This document shows, piece by piece, positions 1-13,100 of a DNA stretch of 64,000 bases (position 1 is the stretch's first letter; each line of letters starts with the position of its first letter). The DNA is from Auanema rhodensis (lineage: Eukaryota > Animalia > Nematoda): positions 16,058,001 through 16,122,000 of the forward strand of contig OZ059895.1 of NCBI GenBank assembly GCA_964057225.1, written 5' to 3'. Below the pieces are notes generated by a model, which searched no databases, was not told where the DNA came from, and saw only the letters and a list, made by a program, of their open reading frames with translations. A program made the position numbers and the translations under genes.

Positions 1-339
1 AACTCTGGCCCTCGACAAAATTATGGAAACAACTACTCAATGGAGAGTCATCATCATACGAGAGAACCTCGCAACAATTATCCAAGAGGAAATCGAGACA
101 ACCTATTCTAAATTCTCCAGAAAATGACGAATTATTGGAAAGAAATGAAAATCGGAAAAATACCTGGAATTCTATTCAAGAGAAAATTAAACAAAAATCA
201 ATTGAACAACAACATCGACTGAATAATAGTAACCGAATAGCATCACGTACATTTGAAATAGGTTAAATGGCGTTAAAGGGGATGAAAAATTTTACAAACC
301 TTATACCTGTGAGGACACAGGACTTCAAGAGCGGTATCA
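1..339 (+). mobile_element. Degenerate 3' internal region of an LTR retrotransposon (continues left of the window)
   Basis: Broken coding-like sequence ending in GAGGACACAGGACTTCAAGAGCGGTATCA directly before a TGT-starting LTR. This resembles the pre-3'-LTR region of Ty3/gypsy elements. Confidence 0.45.
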
Positions 340-734
340 TGTAATACTTTATAATTCTGTACTTTATTCTTTCTATAATTTTTATGTATTTCTTTATTCT
401 TTATTCTGTATTTCATATTTCTTAATTCTAATTTCTTGTCTTAGTGTATTATGTTATCAGTTATATTTTACAACCTCAGCATTTTCCAGGATAATTACAA
501 TTGTCATTGACAACTTAAAACCTTGCGTGGAAAATGCTGATAACATTCGCTATATAAGCTTGCCATTCAACTGAATCTTCAGTTGGCGGACTTATCTTTA
601 TTTGTTTATTGTTTAAATGTTTTTTATTTATAATAAATCTTTCTCTCTTCCTCAAATCTTATTGTTTCTTTTACAACACATCAATCTAAGGGTCAATAAC
701 ATGGAACATTAATATCCAAATCAAGGATATTACA
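340..734 (+). mobile_element. LTR (~395 bp), probably the 3' LTR of a Ty3/gypsy-like element inserted in an array unit
   Basis: Inverted termini TGTAATA...TATTACA, internal TATATAA (~551) and AATAAA (~632). Array sequence resumes at 735, 22 bp downstream of the tRNA 3' end position. Confidence 0.7.
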
Positions 735-899
735 TGTTTTCTTCCAGGTAATGCCCTGAGGGTTAAATTATCCGTAAATGTATTGTTTCATTGGCTAAAT
801 AGTTGTGAACGGGATGGTCGCCAATACTTTCGGGTTCTTCCCGCTTGAGTTGCAATTAAAACCTGATCGAATGTTTTTCCTCAAGATTCAGAAATTGAA

Positions 900-940
900 T
901 AAAGTGAAACCCATATGAGATACCAAACAAGGTATGGCCT
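900..940 (+). promoter_or_regulatory. Probable proximal sequence element (PSE) region of U1, once per unit
   Basis: Position -65 to -25 of U1. The GAAACCCATATGAGATACCAA core is invariant in both sub-arrays while neighbouring spacer varies. Assigned mainly by position. Confidence 0.4.
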
Positions 941-964
941 GTTAGACTCATTGAGTTGACCAAT

Positions 965-1126
965 AAACTTACCTGGCTGGGAGCTGCCCGCGATCATCAA
1001 GGCGGGCTCTCTACGAAGAGGCCTGATCATTGCACTTTTCGATTGGGCTGACCTGTATGGCAATCTCGAGTTGAGATTCGCCAACAGCTAAATTTTTGCG
1101 TTTGGGGATGCGTTCGCGCGTCCCTT
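965..1126 (+). ncRNA. U1: U1 spliceosomal snRNA (first copy; representative of ~60)
   Basis: 5' AAACTTACCTGG splice-site recognition end, stem-loop I loop GATCATCAAG (U1-70K site), loop II ATTGCAC (U1A site), SL3 GGCAATCTCGAGTTGAGATTCGCC, Sm site AATTTTTG (1091-1098), terminal hairpin GGGGATGCG-TTCG-CGCGTCCCT. Closely resembles C. elegans U1 as I recall it. Confidence 0.97.
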
Positions 1127-1367
1127 ACAATCTCGAATATTAATTTCATGCTTGGTAATCAGAATATCGTGAGAGTTTCACGTGAAATCCACGTACATCC
1201 ACACGCTCACTTCATTTTTGAATTATAATAGCACTTGACCGGTTGTTCTTCATGTTATAAAATTACTTCTATACTACAATTTTTCTTTTCAGGAAATTGT
1301 GATCATTGAAGCCAAGGGAGAGACTTAGAATCGTAACGTTGGTATTCTGATAACGTGTAGTCTCATA

Positions 1368-1439
1368 TCCTCGGTAGTATAGTGGTGAGTATCCGCGTCT
1401 GTCACATGCGAGACCCGGGTTCAATTCCCGGCCGGGGAG
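1368..1439 (+). tRNA. tRNA-Asp: tRNA-Asp(GTC) (first copy; representative of ~63)
   Basis: 72-nt cloverleaf TCCTCGG.../...CCGGGGAG, A box TAGTATAGTGG, anticodon arm CGCGT-CTGTCAC-ATGCG (GTC at 1401-1403), B box GGTTCAATTCC. Matches nematode tRNA-Asp as I recall it. Confidence 0.98.
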
Positions 1440-1443
1440 AATG

Positions 1444-1447
1444 TTTT
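1444..1447 (+). terminator. Pol III terminator (TTTT) after tRNA-Asp, present in essentially every unit
   Basis: TTTT 4 nt after the discriminator base, with a second TTTT about 20 nt later. Confidence 0.8.
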
Positions 1448-4274
1448 ACACCTGTTCAGTATGTTTTCTTCCAGGTAATGCCCTGAGGGTTAAATTATCC
1501 GTAAATGTATTGTTTCATTGGCTAAATAGTTGTGAACGGGATGGTCGCCAGTACTTTCGGGTTCTTCCCGCTTGAGTTGCAATTAAAACCTGATCGAATG
1601 TTTTTCCTCAAGATTCAGAAATTGAATAAAGTGAAACCCATATGAGATACCAAACAAGGTATGGCCTGTTAGACTCATTGAGTTGACCAATAAACTTACC
1701 TGGCTGGGAGCTGCCCGCGATCATCAAGGCGGGCTCTCTACGAAGAGGCCTGATCATTGCACTTTTCGATTGGGCTGACCTGTATGGCAATCTCGAGTTG
1801 AGATTCGCCAACAGCTAAATTTTTGCGTTTGGGGATGCGTTCGCGCGTCCCTTACAATCTGAAGTATAAATTTCATGCTTGGTAATCAGAATATCGTGAG
1901 AGTTTCACGTGAAATCCACGTACATCCACACGCTCACTTCATTTTTGAATTATAATAGCACTTGACCGGTTGTTCTTCATGTTATAAAATTACTTCTATA
2001 CTACAATTTTTCTTTTCAGGAAATTGTGATCATTGAAGCCAAGGGAGAGACTAGAATCGTAACGTTGGTATTCTGATAACGTGTAGTCTCATATCCTCGG
2101 TAGTATAGTGGTGAGTATCCGCGTCTGTCACATGCGAGACCCGGGTTCAATTCCCGGCCGGGGAGAATGTTTTACACCTGTTCAGTATGTTTTCTTCCAG
2201 GTAATGCCCTGAGGGTTAAATTATCCGTAAATGTATTGTTTCATTGGCTAAATAGTTGTGAACGGGATGGTCGCCAATACTTTCGGGTTCTTCCCGCTTG
2301 AGTTGCAATTAAAACCTGATCGAATGTTTTTCCTCAAGATTCAGAAATTGAATAAAGTGAAACCCATATGAGATACCAAACAAGGTATGGCCTGTTAGAC
2401 TCATTGAGTTGACCAATAAACTTACCTGGCTGGGAGCTGCCCGCGATCATCAAGGCGGGCTCTCTACGAAGAGGCCTGATCATTGCACTTTTCGATTGGG
2501 CTGACCTGTATGGCAATCTCGAGTTGAGATTCGCCAACAGCTAAATTTTTGCGTTTGGGGATGCGTTCGCGCGTCCCTTACAATCTCGAATATTAATTTC
2601 ATGCTTGGTAATCAGAATATCGTGAGAGTTTCACGTGAAATCCACGTACATCCACACGCTCACTTCATTTTTGAATTATAATAGCACTTGACCGGTTGTT
2701 CTTCATGTTATAAAATTACTTCTATACTACAATTTTTCTTTTCAGGAAATTGTGATCATTGAAGCCAAGGGAGAGACTTAGAATCGTAACGTTGGTATTC
2801 TGATAACGTGTAGTCTCATATCCTCGGTAGTATAGTGGTGAGTATCCGCGTCTGTCACATGCGAGACCCGGGTTCAATTCCCGGCCGGGGAGAATGTTTT
2901 ACACCTGTTCAGTATGTTTTCTTCCAGGTAATGCCCTGAGGGTTAAATTATCCGTAAATGTATTGTTTCATTGGCTAAATAGTTGTGAACGGGATGGTCG
3001 CCAATACTTTCGGGTTCTTCCCGCTTGAGTTGCAATTAAAACCTGATCGAATGTTTTTCCTCAAGATTCAGAAATTGAATAAAGTGAAACCCATATGAGA
3101 TACCAAACAAGGTATGGCCTGTTAGACTCATTGAGTTGACCAATAAACTTACCTGGCTGGGAGCTGCCCGCGATCATCAAGGCGGGCTCTCTACGAAGAG
3201 GCCTGATCATTGCACTTTTCGATTGGGCTGACCTGTATGGCAATCTCGAGTTGAGATTCGCCAACAGCTAAATTTTTGCGTTTGGGGATGCGTTCGCGCG
3301 TCCCTTACAATCTCGAATATTAATTTCATGCTTGGTAATCAGAATATCGTGAGAGTTTCACGTGAAATCCACGTACATCCACACGCTCACTTCATTTTTG
3401 AATTATAATAGCACTTGACCGGTTGTTCTTCATGTTATAAAATTACTTCTATACTACAATTTTTCTTTTCAGGAAATTGTGATCATTGAAGCCAAGGGAG
3501 AGACTTAGAATCGTAACGTTGGTATTCTGATAACGTGTAGTCTCATATCCTCGGTAGTATAGTGGTGAGTATCCGCGTCTGTCACATGCGAGACCCGGGT
3601 TCAATTCCCGGCCGGGGAGAATGTTTTACACCTGTTCAGTATGTTTTCTTCCAGGTAATGCCCTGAGGGTTAAATTATCCGTAAATGTATTGTTTCATTG
3701 GCTAAATAGTTGTGAACGGGATGGTCGCCAATACTTTCGGGTTCTTCCCGCTTGAGTTGCAATTAAAACCTGATCGAATGTTTTTCCTCAAGATTCAGAA
3801 ATTGAATAAAGTGAAACCCATATGAGATACCAAACAAGGTATGGCCTGTTAGACTCATTGAGTTGACCAATAAACTTACCTGGCTGGGAGCTGCCCGCGA
3901 TCATCAAGGCGGGCTCTCTACGAAGAGGCCTGATCATTGCACTTTTCGATTGGGCTGACCTGTATGGCAATCTCGAGTTGAGATTCGCCAACAGCTAAAT
4001 TTTTGCGTTTGGGGATGCGTTCGCGCGTCCCTTACAATCTCGAATATTAATTTCATGCTTGGTAATCAGAATATCGTGAGAGTTTCACGTGAAATCCACG
4101 TACATCCACACGCTCACTTCATTTTTGAATTATAATAGCACTTGACCGGTTGTTCTTCATGTTATAAAATTACTTCTATACTACAATTTTTCTTTTCAGG
4201 AAATTGTGATCATTGAAGCCAAGGGAGAGACTTAGAATCGTAACGTTGGTATTCTGATAACGTGTAGTCTCATA

Positions 4275-4346
4275 TCCTCGTTTGTATAGTGGTGAGTATC
4301 CGCGTCTGTCACATGCGAGACCCGGGTTCAATTCCCGGCCGGGGAG
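4275..4346 (+). tRNA. tRNA-Asp: tRNA-Asp variant with G7T and A9T (possibly defective)
   Basis: TCCTCGTTTGTATAG instead of TCCTCGGTAGTATAG; the acceptor-stem pair is broken. Confidence 0.8.
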
Positions 4347-7300
4347 AATGTTTTACACCTGTTCAGTATGTTTTCTTCCAGGTAATGCCCTGAGGGTTAA
4401 ATTATCCGTAAATGTATTGTTTCATTGGCTAAATAGTTGTGAACGGGATGGTCGCCAATACTTTCGGGTTCTTCCCGCTTGAGTTGCAATTAAAACCTGA
4501 TCGAATGTTTTTCCTCAAGATTCAGAAATTGAATAAAGTGAAACCCATATGAGATACCAAACAAGGTATGGCCTGTTAGACTCATTGAGTTGACCAATAA
4601 ACTTACCTGGCTGGGAGCTGCCCGCGATCATCAAGGCGGGCTCTCTACGAAGAGGCCTGATCATTGCACTTTTCGATTGGGCTGACCTGTATGGCAATCT
4701 CGAGTTGAGATTCGCCAACAGCTAAATTTTTGCGTTTGGGGATGCGTTCGCGCGTCCCTTACAATCTCGAATATTAATTTCATGCTTGGTAATCAGAATA
4801 TCGTGAGAGTTTCACGTGAAATCCACGTACATCCACACGCTCACTTCATTTTTGAATTATAATAGCACTTGACCGGTTGTTCTTCATGTTATAAAATTAC
4901 TTCTATACTACAATTTTTCTTTTCAGGAAATTGTGATCATTGAAGCCAAGGGAGAGACTTAGAATCGTAACGTTGGTATTCTGATAACGTGTAGTCTCAT
5001 ATCCTCGGTAGTATAGTGGTGAGTATCCGCGTCTGTCACATGCGAGACCCGGGTTCAATTCCCGGCCGGGGAGAATGTTTTACACCTGTTCAGTATGTTT
5101 TCTTCCAGGTAATGCCCTGAGGGTTAAATTATCCGTAAATGTATTGTTTCATTGGCTAAATAGTTGTGAACGGGATGGTCGCCAATACTTTCGGGTTCTT
5201 CCCGCTTGAGTTGCAATTAAAACCTGATCGAATGTTTTTCCTCAAGATTCAGAAATTGAATAAAGTGAAACCCATATGAGATACCAAACAAGGTATGGCC
5301 TGTTAGACTCATTGAGTTGACCAATAAACTTACCTGGCTGGGAGCTGCCCGCGATCATCAAGGCGGGCTCTCTACGAAGAGGCCTGATCATTGCACTTTT
5401 CGATTGGGCTGACCTGTATGGCAATCTCGAGTTGAGATTCGCCAACAGCTAAATTTTTGCGTTTGGGGATGCGTTCGCGCGTCCCTTACAATCTGAAGTA
5501 TAAATTTCATGCTTGGTAATCAGAATATCGTGAGAGTTTCACGTGAAATCCACGTACATCCACACGCTCACTTCATTTTTGAATTATAATAGCACTTGAC
5601 CGGTTGTTCTTCATGTTATAAAATTACTTCTATACTACAATTTTTCTTTTCAGGAAATTGTGATCATTGAAGCCAAGGGAGAGACTTAGAATCGTAACGT
5701 TGGTATTCTGATAACGTGTAGTCTCATATCCTCGGTAGTATAGTGGTGAGTATCCGCGTCTGTCACATGCGAGACCCGGGTTCAATTCCCGGCCGGGGAG
5801 AATGTTTTACACCTGTTCAGTATGTTTTCTTCCAGGTAATGCCCTGAGGGTTAAATTATCCGTAAATGTATTGTTTCATTGGCTAAATAGTTGTGAACGG
5901 GATGGTCGCCAATACTTTCGGGTTCTTCCCGCTTGAGTTGCAATTAAAACCTGATCGAATGTTTTTCCTCAAGATTCAGAAATTGAATAAAGTGAAACCC
6001 ATATGAGATACCAAACAAGGTATGGCCTGTTAGACTCATTGAGTTGACCAATAAACTTACCTGGCTGGGAGCTGCCCGCGATCATCAAGGCGGGCTCTCT
6101 ACGAAGAGGCCTGATCATTGCACTTTTCGATTGGGCTGACCTGTATGGCAATCTCGAGTTGAGATTCGCCAACAGCTAAATTTTTGCGTTTGGGGATGCG
6201 TTCGCGCGTCCCTTACAATCTCGAATATTAATTTCATGCTTGGTAATCAGAATATCGTGAGAGTTTCACGTGAAATCCACGTACATCCACACGCTCACTT
6301 CATTTTTGAATTATAATAGCACTTGACCGGTTGTTCTTCATGTTATAAAATTACTTCTATACTACAATTTTTCTTTTCAGGAAATTGTGATCATTGAAGC
6401 CAAGGGAGAGACTTAGAATCGTAACGTTGGTATTCTGATAACGTGTAGTCTCATATCCTCGGTAGTATAGTGGTGAGTATCCGCGTCTGTCACATGCGAG
6501 ACCCGGGTTCAATTCCCGGCCGGGGAGAATGTTTTACACCTGTTCAGTATGTTTTCTTCCAGGTAATGCCCTGAGGGTTAAATTATCCGTAAATGTATTG
6601 TTTCATTGGCTAAATAGTTGTGAACGGGATGGTCGCCAATACTTTCGGGTTCTTCCCGCTTGAGTTGCAATTAAAACCTGATCGAATGTTTTTCCTCAAG
6701 ATTCAGAAATTGAATAAAGTGAAACCCATATGAGATACCAAACAAGGTATGGCCTGTTAGACTCATTGAGTTGACCAATAAACTTACCTGGCTGGGAGCT
6801 GCCCGCGATCATCAAGGCGGGCTCTCTACGAAGAGGCCTGATCATTGCACTTTTCGATTGGGCTGACCTGTATGGCAATCTCGAGTTGAGATTCGCCAAC
6901 AGCTAAATTTTTGCGTTTGGGGATGCGTTCGCGCGTCCCTTACAATCTCGAATATTAATTTCATGCTTGGTAATCAGAATATCGTGAGAGTTTCACGTGA
7001 AATCCACGTACATCCACACGCTCACTTCATTTTTGAATTATAATAGCACTTGACCGGTTGTTCTTCATGTTATAAAATTACTTCTATACTACAATTTTTC
7101 TTTTCAGGAAATTGTGATCATTGAAGCCAAGGGAGAGACTTAGAATCGTAACGTTGGTATTCTGATAACGTGTAGTCTCATATCCTCGGTAGTATAGTGG
7201 TGAGTATCCGCGTCTGTCACATGCGAGACCCGGGTTCAATTCCCGGCCGGGGAGAATGTTTTACACCTGTTCAGTATGTTTTCTTCCAGGTAATGCCCTG

Positions 7301-10090
7301 AGGGTTAAATTATCCGTAAATGTATTGTTTCATTGGCTAAATAGTTGTGAACGGGATGGTCGCCAATACTTTCGGGTTCTTCCCGCTTGAGTTGCAATTA
7401 AAACCTGATCGAATGTTTTTCCTCAAGATTCAGAAATTGAATAAAGTGAAACCCATATGAGATACCAAACAAGGTATGGCCTGTTAGACTCATTGAGTTG
7501 ACCAATAAACTTACCTGGCTGGGAGCTGCCCGCGATCATCAAGGCGGGCTCTCTACGAAGAGGCCTGATCATTGCACTTTTCGATTGGGCTGACCTGTAT
7601 GGCAATCTCGAGTTGAGATTCGCCAACAGCTAAATTTTTGCGTTTGGGGATGCGTTCGCGCGTCCCTTACAATCTCGAATATTAATTTCATGCTTGGTAA
7701 TCAGAATATCGTGAGAGTTTCACGTGAAATCCACGTACATCCACACGCTCACTTCATTTTTGAATTATAATAGCACTTGACCGGTTGTTCTTCATGTTAT
7801 AAAATTACTTCTATACTACAATTTTTCTTTTCAGGAAATTGTGATCATTGAAGCCAAGGGAGAGACTTAGAATCGTAACGTTGGTATTCTGATAACGTGT
7901 AGTCTCATATCCTCGGTAGTATAGTGGTGAGTATCCGCGTCTGTCACATGCGAGACCCGGGTTCAATTCCCGGCCGGGGAGAATGTTTTACACCTGTTCA
8001 GTATGTTTTCTTCCAGGTAATGCCCTGAGGGTTAAATTATCCGTAAATGTATTGTTTCATTGGCTAAATAGTTGTGAACGGGATGGTCGCCAGTACTTTC
8101 GGGTTCTTCCCGCTTGAGTTGCAATTAAAACCTGATCGAATGTTTTTCCTCAAGATTCAGAAATTGAATAAAGTGAAACCCATATGAGATACCAAACAAG
8201 GTATGGCCTGTTAGACTCATTGAGTTGACCAATAAACTTACCTGGCTGGGAGCTGCCCGCGATCATCAAGGCGGGCTCTCTACGAAGAGGCCTGATCATT
8301 GCACTTTTCGATTGGGCTGACCTGTATGGCAATCTCGAGTTGAGATTCGCCAACAGCTAAATTTTTGCGTTTGGGGATGCGTTCGCGCGTCCCTTACAAT
8401 CTCGAATATTAATTTCATGCTTGGTAATCAGAATATCGTGAGAGTTTCACGTGAAATCCACGTACATCCACACGCTCACTTCATTTTTGAATTATAATAG
8501 CACTTGACCGGTTGTTCTTCATGTTATAAAATTACTTCTATACTACAATTTTTCTTTTCAGGAAATTGTGATCATTGAAGCCAAGGGAGAGACTTAGAAT
8601 CGTAACGTTGGTATTCTGATAACGTGTAGTCTCATATCCTCGGTAGTATAGTGGTGAGTATCCGCGTCTGTCACATGCGAGACCCGGGTTCAATTCCCGG
8701 CCGGGGAGAATGTTTTACACCTGTTCAGTATGTTTTCTTCCAGGTAATGCCCTGAGGGTTAAATTATCCGTAAATGTATTGTTTCATTGGCTAAATAGTT
8801 GTGAACGGGATGGTCGCCAGTACTTTCGGGTTCTTCCCGCTTGAGTTGCAATTAAAACCTGATCGAATGTTTTTCCTCAAGATTCAGAAATTGAATAAAG
8901 TGAAACCCATATGAGATACCAAACAAGGTATGGCCTGTTAGACTCATTGAGTTGACCAATAAACTTACCTGGCTGGGAGCTGCCCGCGATCATCAAGGCG
9001 GGCTCTCTACGAAGAGGCCTGATCATTGCACTTTTCGATTGGGCTGACCTGTATGGCAATCTCGAGTTGAGATTCGCCAACAGCTAAATTTTTGCGTTTG
9101 GGGATGCGTTCGCGCGTCCCTTACAATCTGAAGTATAAATTTCATGCTTGGTAATCAGAATATCGTGAGAGTTTCACGTGAAATCCACGTACATCCACAC
9201 GCTCACTTCATTTTTGAATTATAATAGCACTTGACCGGTTGTTCTTCATGTTTTAAAGTTACTTCTATACTACAATTTTTCTTTTCAGGAAATTGTGATC
9301 ATTGAAGCCAAGGGAGAGACTTAGAATCGTAACGTTGGTATTCTGATAACGTGTAGTCTCATATCCTCGGTAGTATAGTGGTGAGTATCCGCGTCTGTCA
9401 CATGCGAGACCCGGGTTCAATTCCCGGCCGGGGAGAATGTTTTACACCTGTTCAGTATGTTTTCTTCCAGGTAATGCCCTGAGGGTTAAATTATCCGTAA
9501 ATGTATTGTTTCATTGGCTAAATAGTTGTGAACGGGATGGTCGCCAGTACTTTCGGGTTCTTCCCGCTTGAGTTGCAATTAAAACCTGATCGAATGTTTT
9601 TCCTCAAGATTCAGAAATTGAATAAAGTGAAACCCATATGAGATACCAAACAAGGTATGGCCTGTTAGACTCATTGAGTTGACCATTAAACTTACCTGGC
9701 TGGGAGCTGCCCGCGATCATCAAGGCGGGCTCTCTACGAAGAGGCCTGATCATTGCACTTTTCGATTGGGCTGACCTGTATGGCAATCTCGAGTTGAGAT
9801 TCGCCAACAGCTAAATTTTTGCGTTTGGGGATGCGTTCGCGCGTCCCTTACAATCTCGAATATTAATTTCATGCTTGGTAATCAGAATATCGTGAGAGTT
9901 TCACGTGAAATCCACGTATATCCACACGCTCACTTCATTTTTGAATTATAATAGCACTTGACCGGTTGTTCTTCATGTTATAAAATTACTTCTATACTAC
10001 AATTTTTCTTTTCAGGAAATTGTGATCATTGAAGCCAAGGGAGAGACTTAGAATCGTAACGTTGGTATTCTGATAACGTGTAGTCTCATA

Positions 10091-10162
10091 TCCTCGGTAG
10101 TATAGTGGTGAGTATCCGCGTCTGTCACATGCGAGACCCGGGTTTAATTCCCGGCCGGGGAG
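10091..10162 (+). pseudogene. tRNA-Asp B-box mutant (C56T); the same allele occurs at 15907 and 20996
   Basis: GGTTTAATTCC replaces GGTTCAATTCC. Confidence 0.7.
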
Positions 10163-13100
10163 AATGTTTTACACCTGTTCAGTATGTTTTCTTCCAGGTA
10201 ATGCCCTGAGGGTTAAATTATCCGTAAATGTATTGTTTCATTGGCTAAATAGTTGTGAACGGGATGGTCGCCAATACTTTCGGGTTCTTCCCGCTTGAGT
10301 TGCAATTAAAACCTGATCGAATGTTTTTCCTCAAGATTCAGAAATTGAATAAAGTGAAACCCATATGAGATACCAAACAAGGTATGGCCTGTTAGACTCA
10401 TTGAGTTGACCATTAAACTTACCTGGCTGGGAGCTGCCCGCGATCATCAAGGCGGGCTCTCTACGAAGAGGCCTGATCATTGCACTTTTCGATTGGGCTG
10501 ACCTGTATGGCAATCTCGAGTTGAGATTCGCCAACAGCTAAATTTTTGCGTTTGGGGATGCGTTCGCGCGTCCCTTACAATCTGAAGTATAAATTTCATG
10601 CTTGGTAATCAGAATATCGTGAGAGTTTCACGTGAAATCCACGTACATCCACACGCTCACTTCATTTTTGAATTATAATAGCACTTGACCGGTTGTTCTT
10701 CATGTTATAAAATTACTTCTATACTACAATTTTTCTTTTCAGGAAATTGTGATCATTGAAGCCAAGGGAGAGACTTAGAATCGTAACGTTGGTATTCTGA
10801 TAACGTGTAGTCTCATATCCTCGGTAGTATAGTGGTGAGTATCCGCGTCTGTCACATGCGAGACCCGGGTTCAATTCCCGGCCGGGGAGAATGTTTTACA
10901 CCTGTTCAGTATGTTTTCTTCCAGGTAATGCCCTGAGGGTTAAATTATTCGTAAATGTATTGTTTCATTGGCTAAATAGTTGTGAACGGGATGGTCGCCA
11001 ATACTTTCGGGTTCTTCCCGCTTGAGTTGCAATTAAAACCTGATCGAATGTTTTTCCTCAAGATTCAGAAATTGAATAAAGTGAAACCCATATGAGATAC
11101 CAAACAAGGTATGGCCTGTTAGACTCATTGAGTTGACCATTAAACTTACCTGGCTGGGAGCTGCCCGCGATCATCAAGGCGGGCTCTCTACGAAGAGGCC
11201 TGATCATTGCACTTTTCGATTGGGCTGACTTGTATGGCAATCTCGAGTTGAGATTCGCCAACAGCTAAATTTTTGCGTTTGGGGATGCGTTCGCGCGTCC
11301 CTTACAATCTGAAGTATAAATTTCATGCTTGGTAATCAGAATATCGTGAGAGTTTCACGTGAAATCCACGTACATCCACACGCTCACTTCATTTTTGAAT
11401 TATAATAGCACTTGACCGGTTGTTCTTCATGTTATAAAATTACTTCTATACTACAATTTTTCTTTTCAGGAAATTGTGATCATTGAAGCCAAGGGAGAGA
11501 CTTAGAATCGTAACGTTGGTATTCTGATAACGTGTAGTCTCATATCCTCGGTAGTATAGTGGTGAGTATCCGCGTCTGTCACATGCGAGACCCGGGTTCA
11601 ATTCCCGGCCGGGGAGAATGTTTTACACCTGTTCAGTATGTTTTCTTCCAGGTAATGCCCTGAGGGTTAAATTATCCGTAAATGTATTGTTTCATTGGCT
11701 AAATAGTTGTGAACGGGATGGTCGCCAGTACTTTCGGGTTCTTCCCGCTTGAGTTGCAATTAAAACCTGATCGAATGTTTTTCCTCAAGGTTCAGAAATT
11801 GAATAAAGTGAAACCCATATGAGATACCAAACAAGGTATGGCCTGTTAGACTCATTGAGTAGACCATTAAACTTACCTGGCTGGGAGCTGCCCGCGATCA
11901 TCAAGGCGGGCTCTCTACGAAGAGGCCTGATCATTGCACTTTTCGATTGGGCTGACCTGTATGGCAATCTCGAGTTGAGATTCGCCAACAGCTAAATTTT
12001 TGCGTTTGGGGATGCGTTCGCGCGTCCCTTACAATCTGAAGTATAAATTTCATGCTTGGTAATCAGAATATCGTGAGAGTTTCACGTGAAATCCACGTAC
12101 ATCCACACGCTCACTTCATTTTTGAATTATAATAGCACTTGACCGGTTGTTCTTCATGTTATAAAATTACTTCTATACTACAATTTTTCTTTTCAGGAAA
12201 TTGTGATCATTGAAGCCAAGGGAGAGACTTAGAATCGTAACGTTGGTATTCTGATAACGTGTAGTCTCATATCCTCGGTAGTATAGTGGTGAGTATCCGC
12301 GTCTGTCACATGCGAGACCCGGGTTCAATTCCCGGCCGGGGAGAATGTTTTACACCTGTTCAGTATGTTTTCTTCCAGGTAATGCCCTGAGTATTAAATT
12401 ATCCGTATATATGTTGTTTCATTGGCAAAATAGTTGTGAACGGGATGGTCGCCAATATTGTCGGGTTCTTCCAGCTTGAGTTGCAATTAAAACTTGATGG
12501 AATGTTTTTCCTCAAGATTCAGAAATTGAATAAAGTGAAACCCATATGAGATACCAAACAAGGTATGGCCTGTTAGACTCATTGAGTTGACCATTAAACT
12601 TACCTGGCTGGGAGCTGCCCGCGATCATCAAGGCGGGCTCTCTACGAAGAGGCCTGATCATTGCACTTTTCGATTGGGCTGACCTGTATGGCAATCTCGA
12701 GTTGAGATTCGCCAACAGCTAAATTTTTGCGTTTGGGGATGCGTTCGCGCGTCCCTTACAATCTCGAATATTAATTTCATGCTTAGTAATCAGAATATCG
12801 TGAGAGTTTCACGTGAAATCCACGTACATCCACACGCTCACTTCATTTTTGAATTATAATAGCACTTGACCGGTTGTTCTTCATGTTATAAAATTACTTC
12901 TATACTACAATTTTTCTTTTCAGGAAATTGTGATCATTGAAGCCAAGGGAGAGACTTAGAATCGTAACGTTGGTATTCTGATAACGTGTAGTCTCATATC
13001 CTCGGTAGTATAGTGGTGAGTATCCGCGTCTGTCACATGCGAGACCCGGGTTCAATTCCCGGCCGGGGAGAATGTTTTACACCTGTTCAGTATGTTTTCT

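Noticed and set aside
1127-1691. A third RNA gene (5S rRNA, SL1 or snoRNA) in the spacers
   Set aside because: I recognised no 5S or SL leader sequence. The weak hairpins tolerate many substitutions between units. An Infernal scan would settle it.
965-1691. Unit length as four nucleosome repeats (4 x ~182 bp)
   Set aside because: Numerical coincidence that cannot be supported from sequence alone; it would need MNase data.
1368-1700. tRNA-derived SINE
   Set aside because: The tRNA is a perfect cloverleaf with its own terminator. There is no A-tail or TSD, and the copies are tandem rather than dispersed.
1368-1853. Dicistronic Pol III tRNA-U1 transcript
   Set aside because: TTTT follows the tRNA immediately, and U1 itself contains TTTT and TTTTT runs that would stop Pol III.
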